Of a stretch of 64,000 bases of DNA, positions 11,057-24,062 are shown one piece after another. The DNA is from Salpingoeca rosetta. Lineage: Eukaryota > Protista > Choanoflagellata. The position numbers and the translations under genes were made by a program. Under the pieces are notes generated by a model. The model did not search any database, was not told the DNA's origin, and was given only the letters and a program-made list of their open reading frames with translations. The stretch lies in NCBI GenBank assembly GCA_033442325.1, contig JAWQFM010000008.1, positions 372,001 through 436,000 of the forward strand, read 5' to 3'. Numbering within the stretch: position 1 is the stretch's first letter; the number at the start of each line of letters is the position of its first letter.

Positions 11057-13707
11057 CACGACCATCCACCGCATCACGAATTCGCATCTCGTCGTCAACC
11101 ACACACTATGTATCGTCCAAGCCGGCATCACAGCCGGGGCAGCAGCGGCAACAACAGCGGGAACAGCAGCGGCTGCAGTCCATCGACATGGACGATGATG
11201 ATGTGGAGCAGGCATTTGTCCAAGCCATATCCGAATATGTGACGGAGGATTGCTTGGTGAGTATTGCCTGGCCACAACAAATCCACCCTGCCATCTCGCA
11301 ACATACACACTCGCACAGATGGGTGCAGCAAGCCCACAACATGCTCGCAACACATTCTCACACTGCGTATGCTTGTCACGTCACCAGCGAGAAGCGAGTG
11401 GCAAGGACAACCTGGAAGACGTCGAGTATATCGAATTACAGGTGCGTGCGTGTGTGTATGCACGTGTGCAGGTTTCATGTGCCTCACTTGCACTATGCAA
11501 ACCGAGTAACCCTCTCCCCTGTCCCACCATGCTCACTGCCCGCCTCTTACATCCGACACTGCGGCGCCACGCGACGCACAGGCGGACACGAGCGAAAGTA
11601 GCCTGGCTCGACTGGGCCAGCTATTGCCGAATTTGAAGGAGTTGAAGATGGTTTCCAGCAACATCACAACAATCAGGTATGTTTCGGAAGGGTGTGCGAT
11701 GCGCGTGACTGCATACAATGTATTTGTGCACGTGAATTGATTCGGACGCGTGGAATGGATGGATAGCGCAAGAATTGAATGCAAGGCAGCCAACGCATGT
11801 ACAGCTGCTGGGCCACTGTCCTTGTATGCCCGCACGCCCGCTTGCTCACCACACCAACACGGCACGATGCAAGGGATCTTGGAACGGCACTAACAAACCT
11901 GCAAGTGCTGTGGATGTCCAAGTGCAACCTGTCGGACCTCAGCGGCATCAGCATGCTGACCTCGCTTCGTGTATGACGCCGCGTGACTGTTTCGGTTGTG
12001 TTGTGTTGTGTTTGCTTGTGGTAGGGGTTATACTTGTGGTTGTGGTTGTGGGGGTGCTGTCTTTCGTTCACTGTGTTGCAGGCGTTTGCACGGGAGACCG
12101 CCGTGGCCTGCACACACTTGCCCCAATACGACCCTCAACCCGCTGCCTTCATGTGTGCACAGGAGCTGTACGTTGCGTTCAACGATGTGTCGGAGTGCAG
12201 TCCGCTGTCAATGCTGGAGCAGCTGGAGGTCCTCGACCTCGAAGGGTATGGACACCTGCTGCCAGCACACCCCAGCACACCAATATCACGGAGAAGAACA
12301 AGAGCAATAGCCACAACAATACCAACAGCAGCAGCACTCACTGCAGTTGCTACCTCTCCACTACCACGACCACCACCAAAGCAATAGCTGCAACAAACTA
12401 CTGTTCATGTGGTTGAGAGGGACGTGGTGCGTGCTCATGTGTCATGTCACGTCGTTGCATCGTTCTAATGCCGCCACTGTTTGGTTTTGGTCTCGGTGTT
12501 TCCCTTCAGCAATTCCATCCGGGACACAGCGCAGGTGGGATCAACACCCGAACATAGGCGGTTATGTCATCATCGTTGTTTCACACAGACACACGCACGC
12601 ACGCACGCACACACACAGACAGAGGCCCACAAGGTTATGTACTCTCATGCGCGCCCATGCACATGCACACATAAACTACAGGTTGAGTACTTGAGTCTGT
12701 TGCCGCGGCTGCGAAGTCTGTCGTTGGACGGAAACCCGCTACTGAAAGCGTACAAGGTGAGACCACCGAACTAGACTGCCTGACAGATGATTCACTCGCT
12801 GTCACATCACGACAGAGCACACACATACACACAGACAGACACACACATGGGCACAACTGCAGGCAAAGGGGCACACAACCACTTGGAGAACATTTAGCCA
12901 TCCGCATTTCATGGCACGTGTTGCAGCATGGTGTCTGCATGTCTCACGCTTGCTTGCATCATGCCTGACGTGCAGTCTAAGGCCACATATCGACAGGCCG
13001 TCTTTGACATGATCCCAACGTACGGTGCAGCCACGGTGCTGCGTGCGTGTGTGAGTGAGAGAGTGAGATTGTGTGAACGTGTGTGTGTGTGTGTGTGCAT
13101 TCGGTTTACTGTCAAAGAAACATGCGTTCAATACATGCCCAATCCACCTCAATCCTCAATGCACACGTATATGTCTCTGCCCGAAACACACACACACACA
13201 CACACACACGCACTCACAAACACTTTCTCTCACCATCAACATGCATGTCCGTAATGCCGGCGCAGGTTGGCGCTGCTTGACGATGTGGCGAAAGGAGATG
13301 CTGTTGAGGAGACAACAGATGCTGCAACCTCAATCCTCATTCCAACGCTGCTCAAGAAGCGCCCAGATACCACCCAAGGTGCCTGCAAGCACACCTCTCA
13401 CTCTTGCATGCGTTGCCATGTGTGCGTTGCTTGTGCGTTTGCTTGCACGCACGCATGCATGTGCTTGTACGCATGCATGTGCTTGCACGCACGTGTGCTT
13501 GCGTGCGTGTCTGGGAATTAGTGCCCTGCATGCTCGCGTGCTCACGTGCTACTTGACTGAAACCGCCCCCCCCCAGATCCAAGCGTCAGGGAAACGGTTC
13601 GCCCTGGAACAGCGCGGCCGGCAACCAAACACACAGGTGTGTGTAAAAGTGGTGGTGGTGATGGTGGTGATGATGATGATGATGTGCATGCCCGTGTGCA
13701 TCTGAAA

Positions 13708-13738
<31 letters not shown>

Positions 13739-15239
13739 TGGGCGGGGGTGGGGGTTTGTCCACATGCATATGCAGCCAGCTGCTTCTTGTGAGTGTGAAG
13801 GCGCATCGACTGTATGCGCTGTCCTTCTCTGGCATCCATCTCATTGTCATCCCCATCACCACCACCACCACCAACAGTGCGGCCGCGCACGGCGTCCACG
13901 GCCCTCGCCCGCGAGTCATCGTGAGTCAACACAGCATTTATGATTGCGGACGGCGTGCACGCATGTGTGGTTGCGTGATGTGAAGGCGTGCATGGTTCTC
14001 TGTTTTCTGGCAGTTTCTGATGGACATCAGTGCTCTTCACTTTTGCACACTTCTGTATGCGATGCACCACCACCACCACCACCACCACCACCATGATTAC
14101 CATCACCACCATGATCACCATCACCACCACCATCACGTTGACCTCATGCATCGCCGATATGTCGGTGTGGTTGTGTTTGTGTTGTTGTAACAGGGTCGGC
14201 GGTGTTGATGATGATGACGAGGATGGCGACACGAATGACGGCAGCAGCAGCCTGACGCACGGCTCTGCTGTTGCATTTCAAGGCAACCCGCTCAAGGCGC
14301 TGCTTGCGCGCAGGAAGCAGACGTCCATTGATGTAAGACAGAAGCACAGGAGTGGCGGCCGGAGGGGGGGGGGACGGTGGTGATGCTGACGTTGGTGATG
14401 TCGCTTAGCGATTCATGATGTTAAAATTGGGTGGTTCTTTGTCACATACTCACGTAAGTTCATGCACGCACGACATACACACACACACGTACATACGTAC
14501 ATGCATGCATGCATACATACATACATACATACATACATACATACATACATACATACATACATACATACATACATACATACATACATACATACATACATAC
14601 ATACATACATACATACATACATACATACATACATACATGCATGCACGCTCACACATGCACGCGGCGCGTAGGGCGACGTTGATGGCACGCCGCTGGAGGA
14701 GCTGATGATGAGTGTTGGGCTGTTCGATGAAGAGGAGGAAGAGGACGACCCGTTTGCAGAGATGACGCGCGAGCAAGTGTTTGACGAGCTGCGGTCGTGG
14801 CGGGAGAGGTTTGCTGCGTTATCTGCCGAAGATGTGGCACGGAAGGCGAAGGAAACAGCGGCGAAGAACAGACACGCGGAGGAGCAGCAGGCCAAGTCCA
14901 ACACTGCGTCGCCAAGGTGCTGATGAGGGGGTGGGGGATGAAAGGCAGACGTGGTGGTGTACACAAAACTGCATGCAGGGTTGCATTGTGTGCGCGTTTG
15001 CGCGTTTGCATTGTCATGATTGCGTTGTGTGAGCTCGTGTTCAAACGACGAAGCACCCACGTGTTGGTTTTGTACACTTTTTCACCTTCAACAAACATGT
15101 ACATGCACACACACACACACATAACACAACACGCACACACACACACGCACGCACGCACGCACGCACACACGCACGCACGCACACAAACACACACGCACGC
15201 ACGCACACACACACACGCACGCACACACACACACAAGCA

Positions 15240-15310
<71 letters not shown>

Positions 15311-15963
15311 CGGCGGCCAGAGACAGCCCGGCCAGCGCGCGCCCGCCGCGTTCCCGCACCGCCAAGCGCTGCACTCTCACAGACACACACGCAGATGCAA
15401 CGGCGACAGCCGCAGCCGCCTGCGACGGGGCGAGCGCGGGCGAGGCCAGCACCGCCAGGGATGCAGCGCCCACAGACCTCTGCGGTGGGTGGGTGGTAGC
15501 AGTGGCAAGGGTGGCGATGGTGGTGGTGGTGTGTGATCACGGCTTTGTTTTGAATACTGTGCAGTTGTGTTCTCTCCAACCAACTCTTAATGTTACATTG
15601 TCATGCATTGACTTCCCTATCCCTTGTGCTCATCACATGTCCACCCTTTCTCCCGTCCCGACCAACCAACCAACCAACCAACCAACCAACCAACCAACCA
15701 ACCAACCCTTCCACAGGGCCCACGCGTGCGTCGGTTGCGGTCCATGCCTGGCCGCCGCCTCCCTGTGCTCCGCCCGCTCTCCGGCACCGCCATCCCCAGC
15801 GGTCGCGGCGGTGCAACGGCTCCATCGTCCGGTGGTGGCAACGGTGGTGGTGGTGATGGTGATGGTGATGGGTTGCGTCACTTGCCACAGCCACCCGGGC
15901 GGGCACCCCGGCCACCACGCCGCCCCAACAGATCCGCACATCTCTGACACGAAGGGTGTATGA
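10604..15963 (+). CDS. LRRC56: Leucine-rich repeat protein 56-like (ciliary dynein-arm transport/assembly factor)
   Basis: Exons from 10604-10625 and 11057 onward give EYVTEDCL|REASG..|[63 protein letters not shown], plus the [17 protein letters not shown] motif near 14250-14310. The low-complexity 3' exons and the stop are uncertain. Confidence 0.8.
14512..14637 (+). repeat. (TACA)n tetranucleotide microsatellite
   Basis: About 30 perfect units, in an intron. Confidence 0.97.
15661..15707 (+). repeat. (ACCA)n microsatellite
   Basis: Perfect tandem units. Confidence 0.9.
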
Positions 15964-16460
15964 AGATGTAGAGAGCGTGCGTGCGTGCGTGCGTGTGTGT
16001 GTGTGTGTGTATGTGTGTGTGTGCGCGATTGTAGTGTCGACTGTCGACAGAGGGTGTCACTTTTGCCTTTAATTTGTGTTCAGGAAGCAGTACAGCTTTG
16101 CATCATCGCATTCATCTCTTGTTTCAAGTCGCACGTGCGTGCGTGCATGCATTTGTATGTGTTTGGTTGCTTGTAGTTGTCGCGCGTGAATGCGCTCATC
16201 TGCATGTGTGTATGTGTGCACGTTGCCAGTGGTGGTTGCTTGCTTGATTGCCATGTTTGAGGCAATACACCGCAACATCCCGCAAGAGACAGCACGTGTG
16301 TGGCGCCCCCTCTCTCTTTGCAGTGTTTGTGGGATGGAAACGGCGTCGTTGTCATCGGTTTAGTGTCGGTTTGGGGTGCACGCACGCAAACGCAAACATA
16401 CACCACACACACAAATGCACACACATGCACACACAAATGCACACACAAATGCACACAAAT

Positions 16461-16496
<36 letters not shown>

Positions 16497-16925
16497 TAGA
16501 GCAGCCATCAATCACACGTAACACGCACACGCACACACGCATACACGACGGACACAGACACAGACACAAGCACACAGACGCACATGCACATGCACATGTG
16601 GGGATTAAGACGGGCAGTAGAACGAATTGCACTGCAAGACGAAACAGAAAGGGGAAAGAAGCAGAGAAGCGAAAAGGAGGGCAATCAAACAGTAAAAGGG
16701 AAGGGAGGGGGATTAACACGAGGAGAGTTCTGCAAGCAAGCAGGGACTCTTTTGTCACACGAGCACATGCGCTGTGTGAGGGAGCCAAGAAGCTGGCATT
16801 GGAGAGGGACAGAGTGAGCAAGGAAGGAAGGAGGGACGGGGAGAGATATGGAGGGAAAGAAAAAAGGAGATGAGGGGGAGGGGAAAGAAGAGTCAGAACT
16901 TATGAAGCGTGTTGTTGTGTGACCA

Positions 16926-18137
16926 TCACTCCTTGACCAAGCTGGCAATGCCGCCCTCCTCAAGCTGCTTCTTGCGGCGCGCAGCAACTTCCTCAGCGGA
17001 CATCTGTGGTCAACGACGCGGCAGTGAACATGAGAAGGAGGAGGTGTGAGTGTCAGTGGATGTTGTTTTGAAAGCAGAGCCAGGAGAGGGGGGGGAGCAG
17101 ACAGGCGAAATGGAGCACAAATACGAAGGAGCACACATACAAAGGAGCAAACACGCAGGCATTGACGCAGATACACACACAAATACACACACACATACGC
17201 AGATACACGCAGATACACACAAATACACACACACACACACAGCGGCACTTACGCCGCCGGTCATAAAAGCCATGACGTCGTCGCCAAACATCATGGGGTC
17301 CATGCCGGCATCTGCCGCGTGCTCGAGGACATCTGGCGCAATGGCCTCATTGGAGGTGGGCAGCGGATACACAAGTTGCACGGCCTGGTCGCCCTTTGTG
17401 CTCTTGAGGCTCTTGTCAAGCTGCGCCTCGACCAGGTCCCAGATGGACGCAAACAACTCCTTGCTCTTGCCGAGGCTAAAGCCTTCCTCCGTGCTCTTCA
17501 CGCGAATGTGCTTAATCTCTCCATTGGACCTGCACACACAAACACGCACAAAGAGAACAAGGGCAGGTGGTGTCGTGAGATGGAAGTGTATGAAAAGCGC
17601 TTCGTGGCAAGTATGCGGCAAGCGTGCGACCAACGGGAAAAAGCAAGCATGTGAAAGGATTCAGCAAAGCGCGTGAGAGGGAGCATGCGTCTTACTGCAG
17701 GGAGATGGTGTATGCGCCGGCCTGTGTTGCGCTCATGCGGAGCAGGAAGGCGCCGTCTGTGTTTGCGTTTTGAAGGCGGCGCACAGCCTCCTCACGGGAA
17801 ATGGTGCCATGGTAGTAGCTGTGGTGGTGTTGGTTGTTGGGTCGTTGGTTGTGTGGTGCAATTGAGGCAGGAGAGAGGTCAGGAAACGTGGGGGGGGGGT
17901 GGATTAAGAGGGGGCAAGAGTGAGGCAATGTTGAGGTGCAGCCCAATAGCACGGCCTGCGCAAACCACCTGTTCAACACCAAACGCGTACACGCAGACAC
18001 ACAGATAGACACAGACACGGGCACAGACAGACAGACAGACAGGCACACACACACACACGCACGCACACAAACGCATGCACAAGCTCTAACCTGCGGTCCA
18101 CGCCGGACTCGTCAACGTCGGTGAGCTTGCGAGACAT
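16926..18137 (-). CDS. Small stand-alone SH2-domain protein (~170 aa)
   Basis: Exons 18137-18091, 17818-17696, 17529-17253, 17003-16926. YYHGTISREEAVRRLQ..DGAFLLRMS..YTISLQ..IKHIRV..FASIWDLVE..LVYPL is a typical SH2 sequence with the FLxR arginine retained. Confidence 0.9.
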
Positions 18138-18332
18138 TGTGCTGCTTCTTTGTGTTTGCTGTTGCGCTGCTGATGACGGGGAAGGGGCGGTTTGTAACGT
18201 GTCACAAGAAGACGAGTTTGAACGTCTGCTGTGCTGTGTACGTGTGTCGTGTTTGTTTGTTGTGGTAATGTAAGACCGTCAATTCGTATGAGTTGTTGTG
18301 GAAAGTGAGAGCAACTGAAAGAATTGGGAGTC

Positions 18333-18392
18333 AAGAAGAAGAAGAAGAAGAAGAAGAAGAAGAAGAAGAAGAAGAAGAAGAAGAAGAAGAAG

Positions 18393-18422
<30 letters not shown>
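18333..18422 (+). repeat. (GAA)n trinucleotide microsatellite
   Basis: About 29-30 perfect units in the divergent intergenic region. Confidence 0.97.
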
Positions 18423-18423
<1 letters not shown>

Positions 18424-19167
18424 TGTTGTTGCAGAAGTTGTTGTTCAAGGGAATGTAAAAAGGTGCAAACGGTAAGGCGTGGAGGAAATAAGGTGCTGGA
18501 GGTACGGAGTTAAGACAGAAGGTAAGTCATGGGCCAGGTTGAGAAGGAAATGTGGAACCAGCAAGGTCTCAACCACGAGCCACGCAAACACAAACAAAAC
18601 AGTTGGTCAACAACACCAACAAACAAACAACCAACAAGAAACGACAGCAAGGCAACAAGCACCACACTCCTCCTTTCTGGCAGCAACGCCCGCAACGAAG
18701 CTCGCCCACTCACTCGCATTCTACGGCTGCCACATACAAGAGCATTGTCACAACACAACCCACACTGTCCACCAACCAGCCAAGCCACCAAGCCACCAGC
18801 CAGCCTCGCTCACCGCTCATTCCAAACAAACCTTTCGTCGTGCTTCGCTGTTGTGTGTGTGGAGAAGACAGCAGAAGGAAGAAGGAGAAAAAAAAAACTG
18901 TGCGCGAAAAACCCGCAGTGGTCGAGATTCCTGACCGTCCACGTCATGTCAAACTTGACAGCCGCACAGAGTGTTATCACTGCTTATGCTGTCGCTATCA
19001 CATTTCGCGTCCGCGTCCGCGGCGGCGCCTTGCTTTTGCGTTCTGTGTGCGTGTGCGTTGCTTTGCTCGCTTTGTCAGCCCACAAAACGACATGGCGTCA
19101 TTCCTCCCCAACGCAGCCAGCACCAGCCATCGAGAAGCACCAACCAGCCATCACGACGACGACGACC

Positions 19168-20175
19168 ATGGCCAGCACCACCGCGCACGCGTCTGTGCCT
19201 GGGTTCTACCCGAGCAAGCCGCGCTATGACCAGACCACGTTCGCGGGCCGGTTCAAGCACTTTATGGACATCGCTGATCCGCGATGCCTCGCACCGGGGC
19301 TGTTCTTTGGCATGCCACTGAACAAGAGCCGCGAGCTGATGCAGCAGTACAAGGCCAACAGGCTGCCGACCGGCGTCAACGCAGACACCATGTGGCTGGC
19401 CAAGAAGGTCCACGACTCCGCCATCCACCCAGACACGGGCGAGGTGATTCTGCAGCCCTTCCGCATGTCCGGATTTGCCGTCTACGGCACACCCATCGTC
19501 GTGGCCATGCTGCTGCCAAACCCGACGTTGGCCAGGACCATCATCTTCCAGGCCCTCAACCAGACCCACAACGCCTGCGTCAACTACAGCAACAGAAACG
19601 CCAGCCAGCCCACAAAGGTGTCCGATCTCGTGACGGGGTATCTTGGCGCCGTCGCCTCCAGCGTCAGCATCGCCGTCGGCCTCAACCAGGCCGTGGCTCG
19701 CGCCAACATCTCCGCCTCTGCCCGCACCGTGCTCTCCCGCTTCGTGCCGTACCCGGCCGTCGCAACGGCGTCCACGTGCAACATGCTGCTCATGCGGCGC
19801 TCCGAGCTCAAGACAGGCATCACCGTCAAGGATCACGAGGGCAACGTGCGCGGCGTGTCCAAGGAGGCGGCCAAGAGCGCCATCTTCCAGACCATGCTCA
19901 CGCGCATCGTGCTCCCTGCCCCGCTCCTCGTCATCCCGCCCGCCCTGATGATGGTCGTGCAGAAGACGCCGCTGCTCAAGCGCTTCCCGCGCCTGGCCAT
20001 TCCCGTGGAAAGCCTCATTTGCGTGTCCGCGTTTGTCTTCGGCCTGCCGTTTGCCATCAGCCTCTTCCCGCAGGAAGGGTCCATCGACGCAGCCAGCGCC
20101 GAGGCAGACTTCCACAACCTGCGTGACAGCGAGGGCAGGCAGGTCACCACCCTCTACTACAACAAGGGCCTCTGA
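19168..20175 (+). CDS. SFXN: Sideroflexin family mitochondrial carrier (SFXN5-like), intronless
   Basis: PRYDQTTFAGRFKHF..DPR, SAIHPDTGE, PFRMSGF, NQTHNACVNYSNRN, C-terminal YYNKGL*. Confidence 0.95.
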   Translation: MASTTAHASVPGFYPSKPRYDQTTFAGRFKHFMDIADPRCLAPGLFFGMPLNKSRELMQQYKANRLPTGVNADTMWLAKKVHDSAIHPDTGEVILQPFRMSGFAVYGTPIVVAMLLPNPTLARTIIFQALNQTHNACVNYSNRNASQPTKVSDLVTGYLGAVASSVSIAVGLNQAVARANISASARTVLSRFVPYPAVATASTCNMLLMRRSELKTGITVKDHEGNVRGVSKEAAKSAIFQTMLTRIVLPAPLLVIPPALMMVVQKTPLLKRFPRLAIPVESLICVSAFVFGLPFAISLFPQEGSIDAASAEADFHNLRDSEGRQVTTLYYNKGL

Positions 20176-20891
20176 CCACCGCTTCGGCCGTGAATGTGTA
20201 CACACTTGTGCGAACGGAAATGAGAGGGAGGCCTGGCAACTGAGGATGAGATCCGCTGTAAACGTTGCCTGTTGAGGTTGAGGTTAACGTTGAGCTTGTG
20301 GTGAAGCGGTCCTGCTCGAGGCCATCGATGTGAGGTGTTTGGTTTTGAGAAACACAGCCGAGTGTGAGGAGATTACAACGCGAGTAGGCTTGGCTTGGAC
20401 ACAGGGGCATGCAGGCTGTCACTGGCAACCATGTTGTTGTTGTTGATGGTGGTGGTGGTGTTGTTGTTGATGGTGGTGGTGGTGGTGGTGGTGTTGGGGC
20501 TGTGCCAAGTGCGTTGGTTTCATGACGTGACGGTGTTATGTTACTTGCCATTTGTCATTTTACTGCTTTGTTTGTCAGACACTGTGCGTGCGGCTGAGTG
20601 AGTGCTGTTCACCGTTCCTGCCGTCTTGAGTGTTGCTGCTTGTTGGACTTTAGTGATGTTCAGCGTTATTATTGCGCCGCTGTGTTGGGCGGCTTCGGTT
20701 GTGCTTCGGTTGCGTGTCACATCACACATGTCGCAGCATCAGTTAGGCGAAGAAATGAACCACTTGAAACGAACGGAACTGCAGGTCATGGCACTTGTTG
20801 CTCAGCCCGCAGCACACGCACAGAGACACACCCGCAGACACAGACACACGCAGGTAGGCAGACAGAAGAAGGCACACACACACACACACAC

Positions 20892-20948
<57 letters not shown>

Positions 20949-21130
20949 GACACACAGGGGGATGTCATGTGTTGAGGAAGGTTTCGATGGCGCGGGCGGA
21001 TCGGTGCCAGAGCATGGTCATCAGAAGGCCAAGATGCTGCACGACATCGCCAACACCAATGCCACCGCCACTGCACACAACAATAGCAGCAACACGGGAA
21101 GAGGGGAGTGAACAAGGAACCGAGAAAGCA

Positions 21131-21176
<46 letters not shown>

Positions 21177-21247
21177 CAACAAACAAGCGTGTTGACACAG
21201 AGACAAAGGCAACAGTGGGGCACAGGAGTGAAGTTGAAGATTACACA

Positions 21248-21328
21248 TTACTTGACGCGGCCCCATGCCGTCTTGCGTTCTCGCACAGTCGCCAGCGCTG
21301 TCACAGCATCTGCAGCACAACACAGAGA

Positions 21329-21398
<70 letters not shown>

Positions 21399-22011
21399 AT
21401 ACGTGTGCCGTGCAGGTAGGTGGTTGCAATTAAGTATGCGCGCTCTGTGGCTTTACTCGACAACCGCACCCCCCCCCCGCGTCACACGGGTGGCTCCATC
21501 CCAGCCAGCTTCATTGCCTCCCTCCCACTCCCCCACCCTCGCTCATCTGGCGGCTGACCTGCGGTGCCGCAGTAGGCGTGGACGGGGGTCTCGTGACAGC
21601 GCATAAAGGGGTTGAATGCCTTCTCCTCGCCAATGGTGGAGGGCACGGTGTACTGCCCAGCCTGTCGCTGCTCCTCTGCCCACGCCAACTTCTCTTGCAC
21701 AGCGCGGTTGTCCGGCTCGACCACGCGCGCAAACGTCAGGTTCTTCACCGTGTACTCGTGGCCAACGTACACCTGATGCGCACGGCGATGTGTTATGGCG
21801 GTGGTGATGGGGATGTTTGCATGCCGCGTTGATGGTGACGTGGTACAGTGGTGAGACCGGGAAGTCCTTGGAAAGGAGGCAAGATGTGATGCTGGAAAGG
21901 GTGGACGACAACGTGCTGCAAGCGAGGCAAGCGAGGCAAGCAACACGTGCATGCGCGCACCTCAACAAGCAATCACAGCAGCATGCACGCACGCACCCAC
22001 ACACCCACACA

Positions 22012-22052
<41 letters not shown>

Positions 22053-23221
22053 GCACGCACGCACACACGCACACACGCACACACACACACGTACGCATGC
22101 ACGCACACACACACACACCCTTGTGTCGTCTGGAAGGCGGCCAAGCTTGGTGTACAGCGCATCGTACATCATCTGCGGGGTGCCTTGGTTGAAGTTGCCG
22201 CAGCCGCCAATAAACAGCCTGTGATGCATGCCAGTGAGTGAGTGAGTGAGTGCGTGTGAAAGCGTCGTTGACCCATTGGGTTCCAATCCGCTTTGGTCAG
22301 CATACAGAGAGGACGTGGACTGCTCTCACGTGTCGCCGGTGAAGACGGCTCGATCGTCGCCCGCTGTCGCATAGTAGCACACGTGGCCCGGTGTGTGGCA
22401 AGGCGTGGCAAGCACCGACACCTTGATGGACCCAATGTCCAGCGAATCGTCATCCCACACCTGCATCCCGAGATGAGAGGGGAGCGAAAGGGAGAAAAGA
22501 GACAACGGGGATGTGAGGCTACGAGGTGAGTGGCGCTCGCGTGTGCCTTGAGGTGCGCGCGCGCGTGTGTGGTAAATGTTCAACGGGGTAAATTGCACGA
22601 CACACACATGTGCTGTAGTGTGCATACCTCTTGGTCCACGGCATCAGCGCCATCACCGCGACCGCCAAAGATGGTGACGCTCGGCCTCTGCGTGAACAAT
22701 GACGGTGAGTGAGAGCTTGTCAACGAGAATACAGAGAGGCAAACAGGGAGACGGGGGACATACAAGCAGACAGAGAGACAGACAGGAAGGCAGGCACGGA
22801 AATGGATACAGAAACACAGACACAGACACACAGGCACTCTCACGCGCGTACGCCTTCACACACTTTCACACGCACACAGACACACACAGGCACATACACC
22901 TCCACACAGAGAGACAACGACACAAACAGGTAGACATCTCACACACACAGACACATACAGACACACACAGACACACACAGACACACAGACACACACAGAC
23001 ACACGCTCACCAGTCGCTTGAACTCCGCGTTTCCACCAGCGTGGTCCCAGTGCGAGTGCGTTGTGAGCACGTACTTGATGTCGGCGTTGTTTTCCTCCGC
23101 TGCAGCAAGGACCTAAAGACAAGAAGCAGGAGGAAGAAAAAAGCAGTCGTGTGGATCATTGTGGTTTGAGTGATGAAGGAGGGGGAGCATGCTTCATGCA
23201 TCAACAATGCTGCCCACAAAG

Positions 23222-23258
<37 letters not shown>

Positions 23259-23517
23259 ACACAAACAACCACACACACACACACAAACAACCACACACAC
23301 AAACAAATAACCACACACACAAACAAATAACCACACACACAAACAAACAAACCCAAACAAACAAACCCAAACAAACAAACACACAAATACGCAACCACGA
23401 ACACGCGTGCACCTTCTTGGGCTCCACAGGGTCAATGGCGGCTGCTTCTCGTGTGGCCTTGTCCACCAGCAAGTAGCCATAGTTGTCCGACAACAGCGGC
23501 ACCACCACAGCCTCCAT
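21248..23517 (-). CDS. HAGH: Hydroxyacylglutathione hydrolase (glyoxalase II)
   Basis: Spliced motifs [76 protein letters not shown]. Last exon [20 protein letters not shown]. Confidence 0.95.
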
Positions 23518-23740
23518 GTTGTGCGTTGTTGTTGGTTGATGATTGTGATTGATGACTGTGATTACGACATACGACAGCATAAAATGGTCTCAAAATGTAT
23601 GTTTCGCACAAGGTTTCCTGCCGAATGCGCATTTAGACGAGCGGTGTTCTGCATATCCACCGGTGAACACGACCGCGGCACACAAGACAACCAAACACCA
23701 CCGCCACCATGTCGTCCATCGCCAAGACTCGTGATGGTGA

Positions 23741-23779
<39 letters not shown>

Positions 23780-24062
23780 GCGAACGTGCGCTGCTTCCCT
23801 CTTGCCTTGTCTCTGGGCTTGTCTCTTGCCTTTTCTCTTGCCTTGGTTTGAAAGCGGCTCTCTTGCCCATGGGTTTTGTTCGTTGTACACTGTGGCGTAG
23901 CCAAACCTCGTGTCTTGGTTCTTGTGTGCTGTGCTCGCCAGACACAATCACGTCGCTTGTCACACACCTCACATGTCACAACTCCCACACAACCACAACC
24001 ACACGAACACACACCCACACATAACAACAACGCACAACAACGCACAACAACCACCTGCCGCC

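Noticed and set aside
18086-18475. Poly-Glu and poly-Phe ORFs
   Set aside because: Products of the (GAA)n microsatellite
18529-19167. N-terminal extension of sideroflexin to 548 aa
   Set aside because: Promoter/UTR-like composition; homology starts at the ACCATGG at 19168
19075-20205. Long antisense ORFs over sideroflexin (and similar ones over SF3B1, DadA, the Kelch exon and spectrin)
   Set aside because: Shadow ORFs caused by high GC3 codon bias
20600-21200. Possible small gene between sideroflexin and HAGH
   Set aside because: Candidate splices lead to early stops, and no motif was found
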